Positions 39,601 through 51,394 of a stretch of DNA of 64,000 nucleotides are shown in pieces. Source of the stretch: Nemertoderma westbladi (Eukaryota > Animalia > Xenacoelomorpha); contig JAUCBJ010002115.1 of assembly GCA_032718475.1 (NCBI GenBank), positions 39,891-103,890 on the forward strand. The letters are read 5' to 3'. The translations under genes were made by a program, and so were the position numbers. Position 1 is the stretch's first letter. Each line of letters begins with the position of its first letter. The notes under the pieces are model-generated. The model was given only the letters and a program-made list of their open reading frames with translations. It was not told the DNA's origin and ran no database searches.

Positions 39601-41741
39601 AGGGTTATGATCGCAACATTTGATGGGAATCCCAAGACAACAGTTATATGTTGCTACAGTTCAACCAATGCCTCAGAGCCAGAACAAGCAGTCAAGTTTT
39701 ATGAAGATCTGACTGGACTTATAAAGGACATTCTGAAACACAATGTTAAATTCATTGCTGGTGACCTGAATGCACAAATTGGCCCAGAAGACATCAAGGG
39801 TTACACCTATAACAACAGTTCTAACATAAATGGGTACTTACTTTTAGACCTAATGGATGAATGTGAATTGATACCAACAAACAACACATTCGAAAAGAGT
39901 ATGGGGAAGCTATGGACCTTTCAATACCCTAATGGAACCAAAGCACAACTGGATTACATTCATAAACAAAAAGTGGAGAAACAGCATGATCAACTGCGAG
40001 GCATACAGCTCGTTCAACCTAATTTGTTCGGACCACAGAATTGTGACTGCAGAGATCAGACTCGGTTTGAGAGCCAGCAAACTCAGGACAAACAAGCAAA
40101 TCAACTATGACTGGGAGAAACTCAGAACTGACAATGCAGTAAAGGATGCTTACACAGTAGAAGTTCAAAACTGCTTTGAAGCACTTCAGTCAATGGATGA
40201 AGACCAGTCCACCGATTCAATATACCAGAATGTAATAACAGCCCACAAGGAATCAGCTAAGAGGCATATCCCCCAGAAACCCAAACGGAAACAGTATGTG
40301 CCATGGCAAAACTCTGAGGTTACTTGTAAGAGAGAAGATCTTAAGATAGCCTACAAAGTTAAAACCGAACAACCAACAACTGAAAACATTTAACAAGGTT
40401 GAGAAAGCTAAGGGCGATCTTAAATTGGCCTACAACATCAGCCAGGAAAAGTACATACAGAATGAAATTGAACCAATTACAACTGCTCACACAGCAACAA
40501 TCAAGACTTACCTGGCAAACTGTAAATGAGGTATCTGGTTGGAAAAGTTGTGCAAAGGGGCGCCTCAAAGCAAATAGTCCTGAAGAACGTGTTGGGAAGT
40601 TGAAAAATCACTTCAGCAACTTGCTTGGGCAGCCACCAAACATCGAGGTCAGCCCTACAAGGAAAATATATGACAAGACACTACTTATAGAGACTTCACA
40701 CCTGCCGAACTCCAAAGAAGCATTAAAAGCATGTCCAATAATAAAGCGAGTGGATTAAATGAAATCCCAGCGGAGGTATGGAAAACAGGAGTGCTAAACA
40801 GACCATTATTGAATGTTTGCAACCGGATGTTAAAATGGGAAATGCCACCACCAATTTGGACTAAAGGTCAACTGAAGCCTCTCCCCAAGAAAGGAGACCT
40901 CGGTATACCAACAAACTGTCGTGGGATCTGTCTACTTGTCGTAGCTGCCAAAATATACAATAAAATGATTCTATATAGGATTAGGCCTCACATATAGAAA
41001 CTACAGCGTTAGAGCCAAAACGGTTTTCTACCAACCACAAAGGGTGAAGATCTGAGATTCACACTTCAAGAACGCAGAAGTAGTAGATATCCGACTTTGC
41101 AGATGACATCGCCCTGCTCTCTAATACTCTACCAGATGCACAGCTTCTACTAAATAAAGTGGAGAGGGCTGCTAAGGAGGTTGGATTGCATATAAATGCT
41201 ACCAAGACCGAATTCATGACCTTTAATGTTGATGGAAACTTGACAACCATTGATAATAATCAACTAAGGAAGGTCGACGACTTCCAGTACCTTGGATCAT
41301 GGATAGAGAGTAGCAAAAAGGACATAGAAGTTAGGAAAGCAAAGGTTTGGGTAGCTCTACCAAAAATGGATACCATCTGGAAATCAGATCTCTCCAGGTA
41401 CCTGAAGACTAAGTTCTTTCGAGCCACAGTGGAAAGTGCATTTTTAAACGGGGGTGAGACCTGGACACTGACTAAATCACTTGATGAACAACAAATTGAT
41501 AGTTGCTACACAAGACTACTAAGGGCAGCCCTAAACATCAGCTGGAGACAACACATGACAAACGCCGAGCTTTATTGTACAATACCACCTGTATCAAACA
41601 CCCTCCGTGAACGCAGATTAAGATTCAGTGGGCACTGCTGGCGAAGTAAAGACGAGGTCATACCAGATCTACTTTTCTGGCAACCAACTCATGGAAAGCG
41701 TAGTCGTGGATGACCGGTCATAACATACTGTATATAGATCA

Positions 41742-42750
41742 GAGCAATTAAGAACAACGCCAAAATTTTTAAGTTCATATTGTATAAATCAACAAACAAA
41801 CGTTTCGGAGCAAATGAGCACCATCATCAATGTAGAGGTCTGTAGGATGCCAAAAATGTAGTACCGGTAGCTGTATACTGATATAAATATACAAGCTATG
41901 TAGTGAAAGCACAAGGAACAATTTGCAGTATTGCACGTATAAACAACAAACTACAGTACAACAGTAAAGTGGGCCAAGCACAAGAAGATAAAACGACAAA
42001 AAACGTACAGTATGTAATAAGAAATAGCAGAAATATGACCAAAAAAAATTAGGACAAAAAAGAAACGTAATTAGAACAACTTCAAAGGAATGGAGTGTTG
42101 GTGAGTGTTAAGTGTCGGTTTTAATTTTCTAATTATAAGAGATTCTTTAATGAGGAGGTCGGATTTATTACGTCCATTACAAATAACCGGAAAATTATTT
42201 GTTGAGACTTGGTGGTCTTCCGAATTCGAATGGTCGAATATTGCAGAGTTCTTAGGGAGGTTAAACTTAGAAGTATGGTACAAGAACCCGGTATGTTCCG
42301 AGATACGAATCGCCAGGTGACGGGTGGTTTCTCCTACATAGGTAGCATCGCAGCTACCACAGGTAAATTGATATACCACCTGAGATCGTAACTCTAAGGG
42401 CAACCGGTCTTTGTAACCAAATTAAGAATTTTAAAAAAGGTTTAAAAACTACTTTAAGATCTATAAGGGGGGAAGTTGTCTTAAAAATAACACCCAATCG
42501 TTTCTTAAGTAGAAGTCCATGTTATCCAGTAAACGGGAAAACAATGTACAGTTGACGTTTAGGGACTGTAATAGGTTTCGATTTCTCCTCGGTTCTAGAA
42601 AGTGTAAGCACCAAGTTAATAGCGGTGGAAATAAGGTTTGAAGGGTAACCATTTTTTTAAAGAATGGTTGTAAGTTTCACTGTCTCTACGTGGAAAAGAG
42701 TATAACTAGAACATATACAATAACAACGCCAAAATAGTGTAAACAATATA
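41742..42750 (-). mobile_element. Penelope-like element fragment (GIY-YIG endonuclease) inserted in the RTE
   Basis: ORF 42403-42071: VVYQFTCGSCDATYVGETTRHL..RISEH...SAIFDH...LIKESLIIRKLKPTLN. 11-bp duplication TATATAGATCA at 41731-41741 and 42751-42761. Confidence 0.88.
41796..41833 (-). ncRNA. Minimal hammerhead ribozyme of the Penelope-associated type
   Basis: Minus strand ACA-TTGATGA-T-GGTGC-TCATTT-GCTCC-GAA-ACGT-T-TGT. C3U core variant, 3-bp stem I, palindromic AACGTT in place of stem III, located 3' of the GIY-YIG ORF. Confidence 0.7.
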
Positions 42751-42899
42751 TATATAGATCAACTTGAAAGGGATACTGAACTTGGGAGAAACGAAATTGC
42801 GACAACTATAGAGAATCGGGAAGCCTGGAAGGATCTCATTTCCACTGTCCGAGTTTGGTCGACCTAGTAGTAATAGTAGTAGTAGTAGTAGTATTGCAA

Positions 42900-44720
42900 T
42901 TGTTTTGATACTGAGCTAAAGAAACTACGGTACTGCAGTACTGTCATTCACAACATCACAGGCACACATGGAATCCACCTGCCTCACATCGAAAACAGCA
43001 ACCTTCATCAATCATGTGTTTGTTTCAAACTGCAGAACTGCAGCATAATCAATCAATAACTATGGTCTAGTTAAAAGAGAAAAAAGTGATCACAACATGT
43101 TCTGCTCTATGCAACTCAAACGAAGGAAACGTAAACGAGTGCCTATTACACCTAGATCCATAAAATGTAGAGCCTTTAAAGCATACTCATTGCTCACAGG
43201 GAAAACTTGTCGCTGAACTAGTTAAATGTGATTCCATAAACCAGATCACTACCATTACTGACTTAGATGAAACAACACTAACAACATCATTGCGTAAGAT
43301 AAATCATTGCATAACAACCGTGGATTGACAAAGAATGTATTGATGCAATTAGTGAGAGCATAAGCTGCACGAGTCAAGGAAAGAGGCGGCAGAGGAAATC
43401 TATAAAAAAAAACTCAGTAACCAATCACACAACCAATACCACGAAATTGAAAAAAAGTTTCATAAATCCGAACAACTCTCCAAGCCGTGAATGGTGACAG
43501 TAAGAAGTTGTGGAAAGCACTAAAATCAATGGGACCACCTACAAAAAGTAACCAGGGAAAGTCCATAACACAATTAATCAATTATGATCGAAGGAAAGGC
43601 CTGCAATGACACCCAGGCTATATGCGACGGATTTATCAAATTCTACTCCACAATTACTAAAAACCTAGTATCCAAACTACCTCCGCCATCAGGGCACTAT
43701 AATAACGAAGCTACTGTAGCATATTATGCTAACCAAGGTATTATATAAATGCATTTGAGCTACGCCCAGGAGCAATCCCTTTAATAACCGTAATTTTCCT
43801 GAACATTAATATCAGTAAAGCGACTGGGCCTGACTGTATTCCGGCTTGAGTTATTAAAGATGGGTTGAACTCACTACTAGTAGTAATTCCTTTCTGCACC
43901 TCATATTCATTGAACATAAAATAGTATATGTTGCCATGTCCATTCCGATCGATCCACGGTGTACTAATGTACATCAGCGATGCCAACGCGCCAACGGCAA
44001 CGATATACCCCAAGCAATTGAAGATGACACAATAGCCCCCGTACTCGCAGATGATACTGGACTTGCCCACAGTGACGCTCACTCAGGAAATATATCTATT
44101 TCATTCATAAACACGATGGAAAGAGTCTCTCAATTGAAAATATACTAACCATAAACTTTGCCAAGACTGAATGCATCCTTATTGGAACACACCAGAGGCT
44201 AGCAACCGCCCAAACAAGAGGTCTACTGTCGCGGGAACCGCTTACCCAACCAGAAATCAGTAACCTATCTAAGGACAGTGATTAACGAAAGGTTCACTGT
44301 GAAGAAATGGCAGTGAAAATATTAAAGCGAGGCAATTCCCGAGTTCCTCGGGCCCGTCATCGATCGTTCCATACACAATGTTCTGCAACACGCTTATACA
44401 GCCACACCTCGACTATGCGGCCTCTGCATGGTTTTTTACAATTTCCATTTGGCTGCGTCAGCAACTCGAAGCTCTCCACCTGAAGGCTGAACTGCATTCG
44501 CTTTTGCTTGAGCCTCAGTCTGAGAGACCATATCGACGCCACAAATTTATAAAGTAAAACAAGGTGAAACCCCTGAATATCTAGCAGACCTGATGGATTT
44601 CCGGGAAACCAACCATTCCCACAGATCCGCAAACAAACCAGCATTCATTCCCCTTAGGAACGCATCCTACGGTCAGAACCAGCTTTAAACAGCTTAAAAA
44701 CACACTTAATTTTCCATTTT
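42900..44720 (+). mobile_element. Heavily decayed L2/CR1-group LINE
   Basis: Residual frames KKLWKALKSMG, SKATGPDCIPA, ADDTGL, KTECILIGT, PHLDYAA. Confidence 0.7.
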
Positions 44721-45051
44721 GAATTTAACTATATTTAATTTTAATTTATTTTTACGTGACTGCATTCTTTATCTTGGTTGAATACCAACCATTTTTATTC
44801 ATTATTTTAATTACTTACTCCATATATTTAATATTCGATTTTTAATTTACTCTTATTTAATTTTAATTTATTTTATCCTACTACATTATTTATCCTGGCC
44901 AAATATTATTTCGAGTGATGCAGTATTTTTTCTAGTAACTATTTTTATTTTTAATTAAGTAACATCACGTTTCTTTTAGCAAATTTGATTTGACTAATTG
45001 CTAGCAATTAATTATACTTTTTAATGCTTTACTTGTGTTGGTGATTCAGCA

Positions 45052-45418
45052 GGTTGGGTGAATTCTTAGCCCGCGAGAATTCTTAGCCCGCGAGTATTCT
45101 TAAGCCCGCGAGTATTCTTAGCCCGCGGGTTTTCTTAGCCCGCGGGTTTTCTTAGCCCGCGGGTTTTCTTAGCCCGCGGGTTTTCTTACCCCGCGGGTTT
45201 TCTTAGCCCGCGGGTTTTCTCAGCCCGCGGGTATTCTAAGCCCGCGAGTATTCTTAGCCCCCGAGTTAGTAAAGGAGCAGGTTAGTAAAGCAGCAGGTTT
45301 CAGAGGCGTATTGGGGGAACCAAAACAATAAACGTTATTGTTATGCGGGCTAAGAATACCCACGGGCTAAGAATACTCGAGTGCTAAGAATACTCGCGGG
45401 CTAAGAATTCATGAAACC
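45052..45418. mobile_element. Foldback MITE C: tandem TTCTTAGCCCGCG(A/G)G arms, shared core
   Basis: About 12 forward units, core at 45270-45334, then 4 inverted units. TTCAGCA at 45045-45051 and 45419-45425; GG...CC ends. Confidence 0.85.
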
Positions 45419-46325
45419 TTCAGCAAATATCTTAGTTTAATGTTACTTTATTATTTACATTATTACCTATGGTATCATGTGCTATCGTTCAAAATAGTTA
45501 TCAGCGATTTAATTTTAACTTACTTTCAGTTTAAAGCAACTGCATTTTAATCATAGATTTAGTTGTAATGTCTGACTTAATATTGGTTATTAACTTACTT
45601 TCCGTTAAACGTACATTTATTTATCGTATTATTTGTATTTTTACGGTACCAGTAGTGTTATCTTATCTATGTTATCGATTTCAATGTTAATTTGGATGAA
45701 AATTCAATCCATCAATGTCTAGGCGAGGGTTGTAGGCGTAGCGTTTATCCCCGGTAAATAATGCCATAAATATCTTCTTAATACGGCTGTGTAGCGTGAA
45801 CACTAGAAGATTTCACCATATACCCAGCAATGCGACGCAGAGTTTGAACTTTGTTTGAACTCCCCCAGCAATCCTAGATAAATAAAGACAAAACAACGTA
45901 AATAATTATTCTGCTATGCACAATAGGCAGATAGGGCTGTATACCTCACCTCCCGGTCTCGGTCTGCATAAATGTCAGGTTATCCACCGAGTTTGCAATT
46001 GCATGAGATTTAATGTGTACCTGTCCGGTATTAGAATATAATTTCACTACAGAATGCAAGATAAAATTCACAGCCGATTTTCAAAATTGGCTTCCCGCGC
46101 ACTTAAACCCGCCATTTCATCTGTTTCCTTGTGATTTTACAAAAAAGCAAACCCCGCCACTCGATTCAGCCCCCCCCCCCCCCCCCCCCCCCTATTCAAG
46201 TGTTTCTACTTTCTAGCCCAACTTTTTTTTTCGGGCACCCACCAACCCGATTGGTTTAGTTTAATAAATGCCATAAGAACGGTTAGGGTAATACAGTACA
46301 AATATAAGGACAGATTCATATCATT

Positions 46326-48545
46326 ATGAAAGTAGAAAGGAGTAGTACCATTGATTCGGAACCATCAGAATATTATCCTGGAGACTTCTATGTATTTAAT
46401 GCTGATATATCAAGCGCTAATAATACTGCGAAAGAAATCCAACTTCCAAAAGTTGGATTAGACACTTGGAATTTTCACACATATTTTAATGAGTATGACG
46501 ATATTCAATATCAACCAGCCATATCAGAAAAGGAACTGAAAAAGCAAATTAAACTCAGAACATACGAGTTTGTATTGGACGAGTCTCATACAGAAACTAC
46601 CAAAAAAATTTTCACTTCAAAGTTGAATTACCTACCACAGCCTATTACTTTCACAGTTGGATTGGGCACTTGGATAAATTTCCCAAATTTGATGATCAAA
46701 CATGGAGGAATGGTTTTTCTATTCCAAGTAAGTTTATGTTACTTGCTTTTAGTAATGCCTTTAATAACATTAGAAATGGGTATTGGTCAACGATTTCGAC
46801 GGAATACCATCGTAACTTGGTATCAGATAAACCCATATCTCACAGGAGTCGGTGTAGCTGTTGTTACATCAGTCTCTTTTATAGTAATATTGTATAGTGT
46901 GGGTGTCACACATTGCTTCTATTACCTGTTCATGTCACTTCAAGCTCCAACCCCATGGGCTGTATGTCCTATAAACGAAACTATAAAGTTTCCAAATATG
47001 CGGCAACAAGTCAATGAATTGGACATCGGTTGTGACGGTAATAAAAGTGAATACTTCTACTATCACACTACACTTACTATATCTAGTAATATATCTGGTA
47101 TTGAGGCACCATATTTCTCTTTAAGAACATTCGGATTCAATACTATTCTGTGGATTATCTTATACATTTGTCTCTTTGGAGGAGTTCATTACTGGAAATA
47201 TATTGTTCGATTTACTGTACCATACTGGTCTATAATGATAGTGATACTATTGCTAACCAACATTCCATACTTACATGAAGGTTGTCTTGATGGCGTCAAT
47301 TATTTATTTAAATCAGAATTCAACTATTTTTTCCTGTGGAAATCATGGTATGCCGCTTTGAATTGGACAATATGGAGTACAGGTGTAGGGTTGGGCTGTT
47401 ATCTTACCCTAAGTGGTTATCTACCACGGACGAACAACTTCTATAGAGATGCTCGGATTGTGGCGTTCGTTGACTACATAATGTGCGTGTTAGGTGCTGT
47501 AACAGTATTCGCATACCTCGGAAGAAAGGCATTCCACGAATCCTCGGAATGTGTTGAAAAACAAATTAAAAATATGAATTCATCTTGTTCTACAAATATA
47601 ACTGATTTATTAATAAGTTATACAAACGGCACTGGTGGGGGAGAAGCTATTGCCTTTATACACATGGCAGATATGTTAAAGTTAGCAGGGGGAAAAATTG
47701 TACCCAACTTATTCCCAGCTGCATATTTCTCAATTCTTACAGTATGCGGAATTGGGTCGACGATAGTTACTGTGCAGATTGTGTATTGTGTTTTACAGGA
47801 ATCCACATTGAGAATATCATCTCGTCGTTTATTTTTGATGGTGTGTATTATTTTCTGGCTTCTTAGTTCGATATTTACCCTGACGAATGGAAAATACCTC
47901 CAAGATGTAGCAGGGCATTATATTTTTTATTTATCAACTATAATGATATCTCTACTGATAGCGGTTAGTATATCAGGTTCACCCTGTGCATTCACCAGGT
48001 TAATGGTTGATTTTGAATCGATGACTGGAAAGAGACCACGTTTATATTATTTGATAGTTTGGAAGTATGTTTCCCCATTTATATTGGCAGTGATGGTTTC
48101 TATTAAGATATATTTAGGTATAACTGAGGCTAAGTATAGTAAATACACACCACATCACCATCTTAGGGACCACATTGGCGTGGCACCACAGGAAAACATC
48201 CCAACATGGGCAATGGCAATGGGTCGACTTCTCATTTGTATCATATTTATATCGGTTCCATTATTGGGCATCTTGAATTATTGGAATTTTCTTGATAAAT
48301 TTAAATTTCTTAATAATATATCTGAATTTTCAGAGGCACAACTTCGCAATATTTACAGTTTACCACCTAAATTTGAGATGAATAAATTTAAAAGAAACTT
48401 TCTACGTATGTCTTCATTGGCAGGTGATATTTTGCACTTTGAAAAGGAAGAGGATAAACACACAATATATGAAACTGCCAATTCATCATTTGGCCACAGA
48501 ACCCCAACACCTGTGCCCCGTTCCCACTCCAATAATAAATATTAG
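46326..48545 (+). CDS. Divergent SLC6 (sodium:neurotransmitter/amino-acid symporter family) protein, intronless CDS
   Basis: 739-aa ORF with about 12 hydrophobic segments. Motifs VGLG..FP...HGG..FL, PLITLEMGIGQ, PWAVC, SGY...NNFYRDA, WKYVSP. Confidence 0.88.
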   Translation: MKVERSSTIDSEPSEYYPGDFYVFNADISSANNTAKEIQLPKVGLDTWNFHTYFNEYDDIQYQPAISEKELKKQIKLRTYEFVLDESHTETTKKIFTSKLNYLPQPITFTVGLGTWINFPNLMIKHGGMVFLFQVSLCYLLLVMPLITLEMGIGQRFRRNTIVTWYQINPYLTGVGVAVVTSVSFIVILYSVGVTHCFYYLFMSLQAPTPWAVCPINETIKFPNMRQQVNELDIGCDGNKSEYFYYHTTLTISSNISGIEAPYFSLRTFGFNTILWIILYICLFGGVHYWKYIVRFTVPYWSIMIVILLLTNIPYLHEGCLDGVNYLFKSEFNYFFLWKSWYAALNWTIWSTGVGLGCYLTLSGYLPRTNNFYRDARIVAFVDYIMCVLGAVTVFAYLGRKAFHESSECVEKQIKNMNSSCSTNITDLLISYTNGTGGGEAIAFIHMADMLKLAGGKIVPNLFPAAYFSILTVCGIGSTIVTVQIVYCVLQESTLRISSRRLFLMVCIIFWLLSSIFTLTNGKYLQDVAGHYIFYLSTIMISLLIAVSISGSPCAFTRLMVDFESMTGKRPRLYYLIVWKYVSPFILAVMVSIKIYLGITEAKYSKYTPHHHLRDHIGVAPQENIPTWAMAMGRLLICIIFISVPLLGILNYWNFLDKFKFLNNISEFSEAQLRNIYSLPPKFEMNKFKRNFLRMSSLAGDILHFEKEEDKHTIYETANSSFGHRTPTPVPRSHSNNKY

Positions 48546-48650
48546 TAACCTGTAATATTACTTTAAAAGTATTCACGTTATCGGTGAATTGACTTTCGAA
48601 TGCTTCAGAGAATTTGTGATTTTCTTACAATAATGCTTTTATTTCTAAAT

Positions 48651-50948
48651 CAGGGACAGGATACGATACCATACGAAAATATGATACGATACGAAGCAAT
48701 TTTTCACGATACGGTACGAAACGAATGACATTTAAATACGATACGACGATAATGCAATTTTGAGAAAATACGATACTATACGAAAAAATCCAAGATGCGA
48801 TACAAAATACGAAAAAAGTTTCGTATTATATTTTTAAGAATATATTCATTTTATTGGGTATATTTATTCAGATTCGTATTCATTTATAAATCTCTAGGCA
48901 AATATATTATTATTTTAATGTTCCATCATTGTAAAAACAACACTGCTAGTTAACATTTCAGTTTCAATTTTCCCCAACTTTTCCCTGACATCTCCATAAA
49001 TTTTTGATAGATTCCCTGACTGCGGGAACATTTTTATAGAATATATTATACTGTATTGGCTGCTTTATCTTATTCATGACCGCTTTATTATAATATAAAG
49101 AAGCTAATATAGTGCACTTATGTAGGATATGGCTACGGTTCCGTATGTCACTACATATTTTTTCTACAAATAATTATTTATTACAATGGGTAAAAAAGCA
49201 GAACTTTTTTTCACTATTCGCTAGGCATTTTATTTACCGAGCGTCAGCGAGGTTAATAAAGGGTCGAGAGAATATTAAAAAAATTGTTCTACGTTTTATT
49301 CCCATGTAATACATAATTTTATTCTTAAATTGTTTCTTTTTCGCTCGAATTTAGACCAAAATCGGGAGAAAAAGTCACTTTTTTTCCCTAGGGAAAAAGT
49401 AACCCATAGTATTGCATTTATTTTACTTTTTTCCCGGCAAAAAAGTAAAATAAAATATTTTTCGTGGAATTTCTTAAATTTTATTAAATGTGTTGATAGA
49501 GCATTGACGTAGAAAAATGGTTTCACGTAATTTGAGCAATATCCATTCACACACTCAACAGTTATTGCAAATTTAGTGTCTGCAAGGCGTACTCCAAAAC
49601 GGAACTCAATATCCAATATTGGTTTATGTTGTTAAGCGGCTCTCTAGTTACGTAATTAATATTCGAAAACACTAAATTATTTTAACATTGAGTAAGGCAG
49701 CATCAGGAGTTGAAGGGTGCAGTAATTTGAATTGCAGTAACTATGGAAGCAGTATAGAAAGATACTACAGTTAAATTTATTTTGTAACACGATATCGCTA
49801 TATCTTTTATTAAAGAATTAAGCAACAAAAAAGTACAAATTTAAGAATAAAATTACGTATTACATGGGGAAAAAAACTAGAACATTTTTTTTTCCATATT
49901 CTCTCGACCCTTTATTAACCTCGCTGGCGCTCGGTAAATAAAATGCCTCAAGAATAGTGAAAAAAATTCTGCTTTTTTTCCCATGTACAGTAATACGTAA
50001 TTTTTATTCTTAAATTGGTACTTTTTTGTTGCTTAATTCTTTAATAAAACATACAGCGATATATAGAGGTACAAAATAAATTGAACTGCAGTATTTTACT
50101 ATATTGCTTCCATAGTTACTGCAATTCAAATTACTGCACCCTTCAACTCCCGATGCTGCTTTACTCAATATTAAATAATTTAGTATTCTCGAATATTTAT
50201 TACGTAACTGGTGAGCCATTTAACTACATAAACCAATATTGGATATTGAGTTCCGTTTTGGAGAACGCCGCGCAGACACTAAAGTTGCAATAACTTCTCA
50301 GTGTGTGAATTGATTTTGCTCAAATTACTTGCAAACCTTTCCTACGTCGATGTTCTTTCAACACATTTAATAATATTCAAGAAATTCCACAAAAAAAATT
50401 TTAGTTTACTTTTTTCGCCGGGAAAAAATTAAAATCAATGCAATCCTATGGGTTACTTTATTTCCCTAGGGAAAAAGTGCAACTTTTTCTCCCGATTTTG
50501 GGGTAAATTTGAGCGAAAAAGTAACAATTTAAGAATAAAAGTTTAATTATAAATGTGTGTGTAGTGTATTTTTGTGGGCTAGCTATATTTTTATTACATA
50601 ATGTGGTGTTATATTAAGCCGGCACTGCATTCTTAAAAATGTAGTTATTTCTAGTATTCCTAGTAGTAGTTATTTAATGATTTTAATATTTTTATTTAAT
50701 ATTTTTAATATTTAATGATTTTTTATGGTAGCTTGCGAAAAAATAAATTCCCTAACGATTCCATGTTTTCCAGGTGAGTGGCCTCCCTGTCAGCTTGCTA
50801 CAACAACAGTGTCGCTTCGCTACTGGCTAAACTTCCATTGTGGTGCGATCCCTGTTTTAATTGTTAAAAATATTGATATTTAAAAAATATATGATACGAA
50901 AATACTATACGAAAATCCGAGTTCGTATCATATCGTATCCTGTTCTCG
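48651..50948. mobile_element. hAT-like MITE with GATAC/TACGA subterminal repeats, hosting an internal insertion
   Basis: Ends CAGGGACAGGATACGAT ... ATCGTATCCTGTTCTCG. Flanks TTTCTAAAT / TTTCTAAT. Confidence 0.65.
49181..50540. mobile_element. A-B-A'-B' double inverted element with a repeated junction site
   Basis: 49181-49309 is the inverse of 49860-49993; 49316-49853 is the inverse of 50000-50540. Confidence 0.8.
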
Positions 50949-51394
50949 TTTCTAATACAATCTCTGTGGCCTTTTTCCCATATCTCATGTGGTAAAATGG
51001 AACTAAATTTCGATATACAATAAATATGATGTTAAAAACGCTGTGATCATTCATTCAGCCATTGACTTTATCCCGATAATGTCACAGCAGGACCCCCAGG
51101 TCAACAACGACGTAGATGTTAGGAGATCCATATTAAGGCAAACAAGGGATGTGAGTGCATGAGGAGTTTCAGAAATTCATCTTCGAAGCTGGACGATGCA
51201 GTGTGAAATTCAGTTATTATATATACCGTCGGTAAATATATGTAACATGTTCCTTTGTTTTGAATTAAATTAAAATATTTTTTATACCTACTAAACACAT
51301 AGTGTTTGCATTCATTTTGCGCATTAACACAGACTTGGCCTGGAAGCCAATGTTATCATGTTAGGTCTACACTTGTAGTACGTGTGTCTGAGTC

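Larger units (their letters stand above)
39090..42893 (+). mobile_element. Near-full-length decayed RTE-type LINE (family 1): APE endonuclease plus RT, (TAG)n tail
   Basis: APE motifs STMNARTL, DIICIQEHR, IAGDLNA, CSDHRIV. RT motifs PLPKKGDL..NCRGICL, DFADDIALL, FQYLGS. Frameshifts and internal deletions near 41035 and 41092; interrupted at 41742-42750. Confidence 0.93.
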
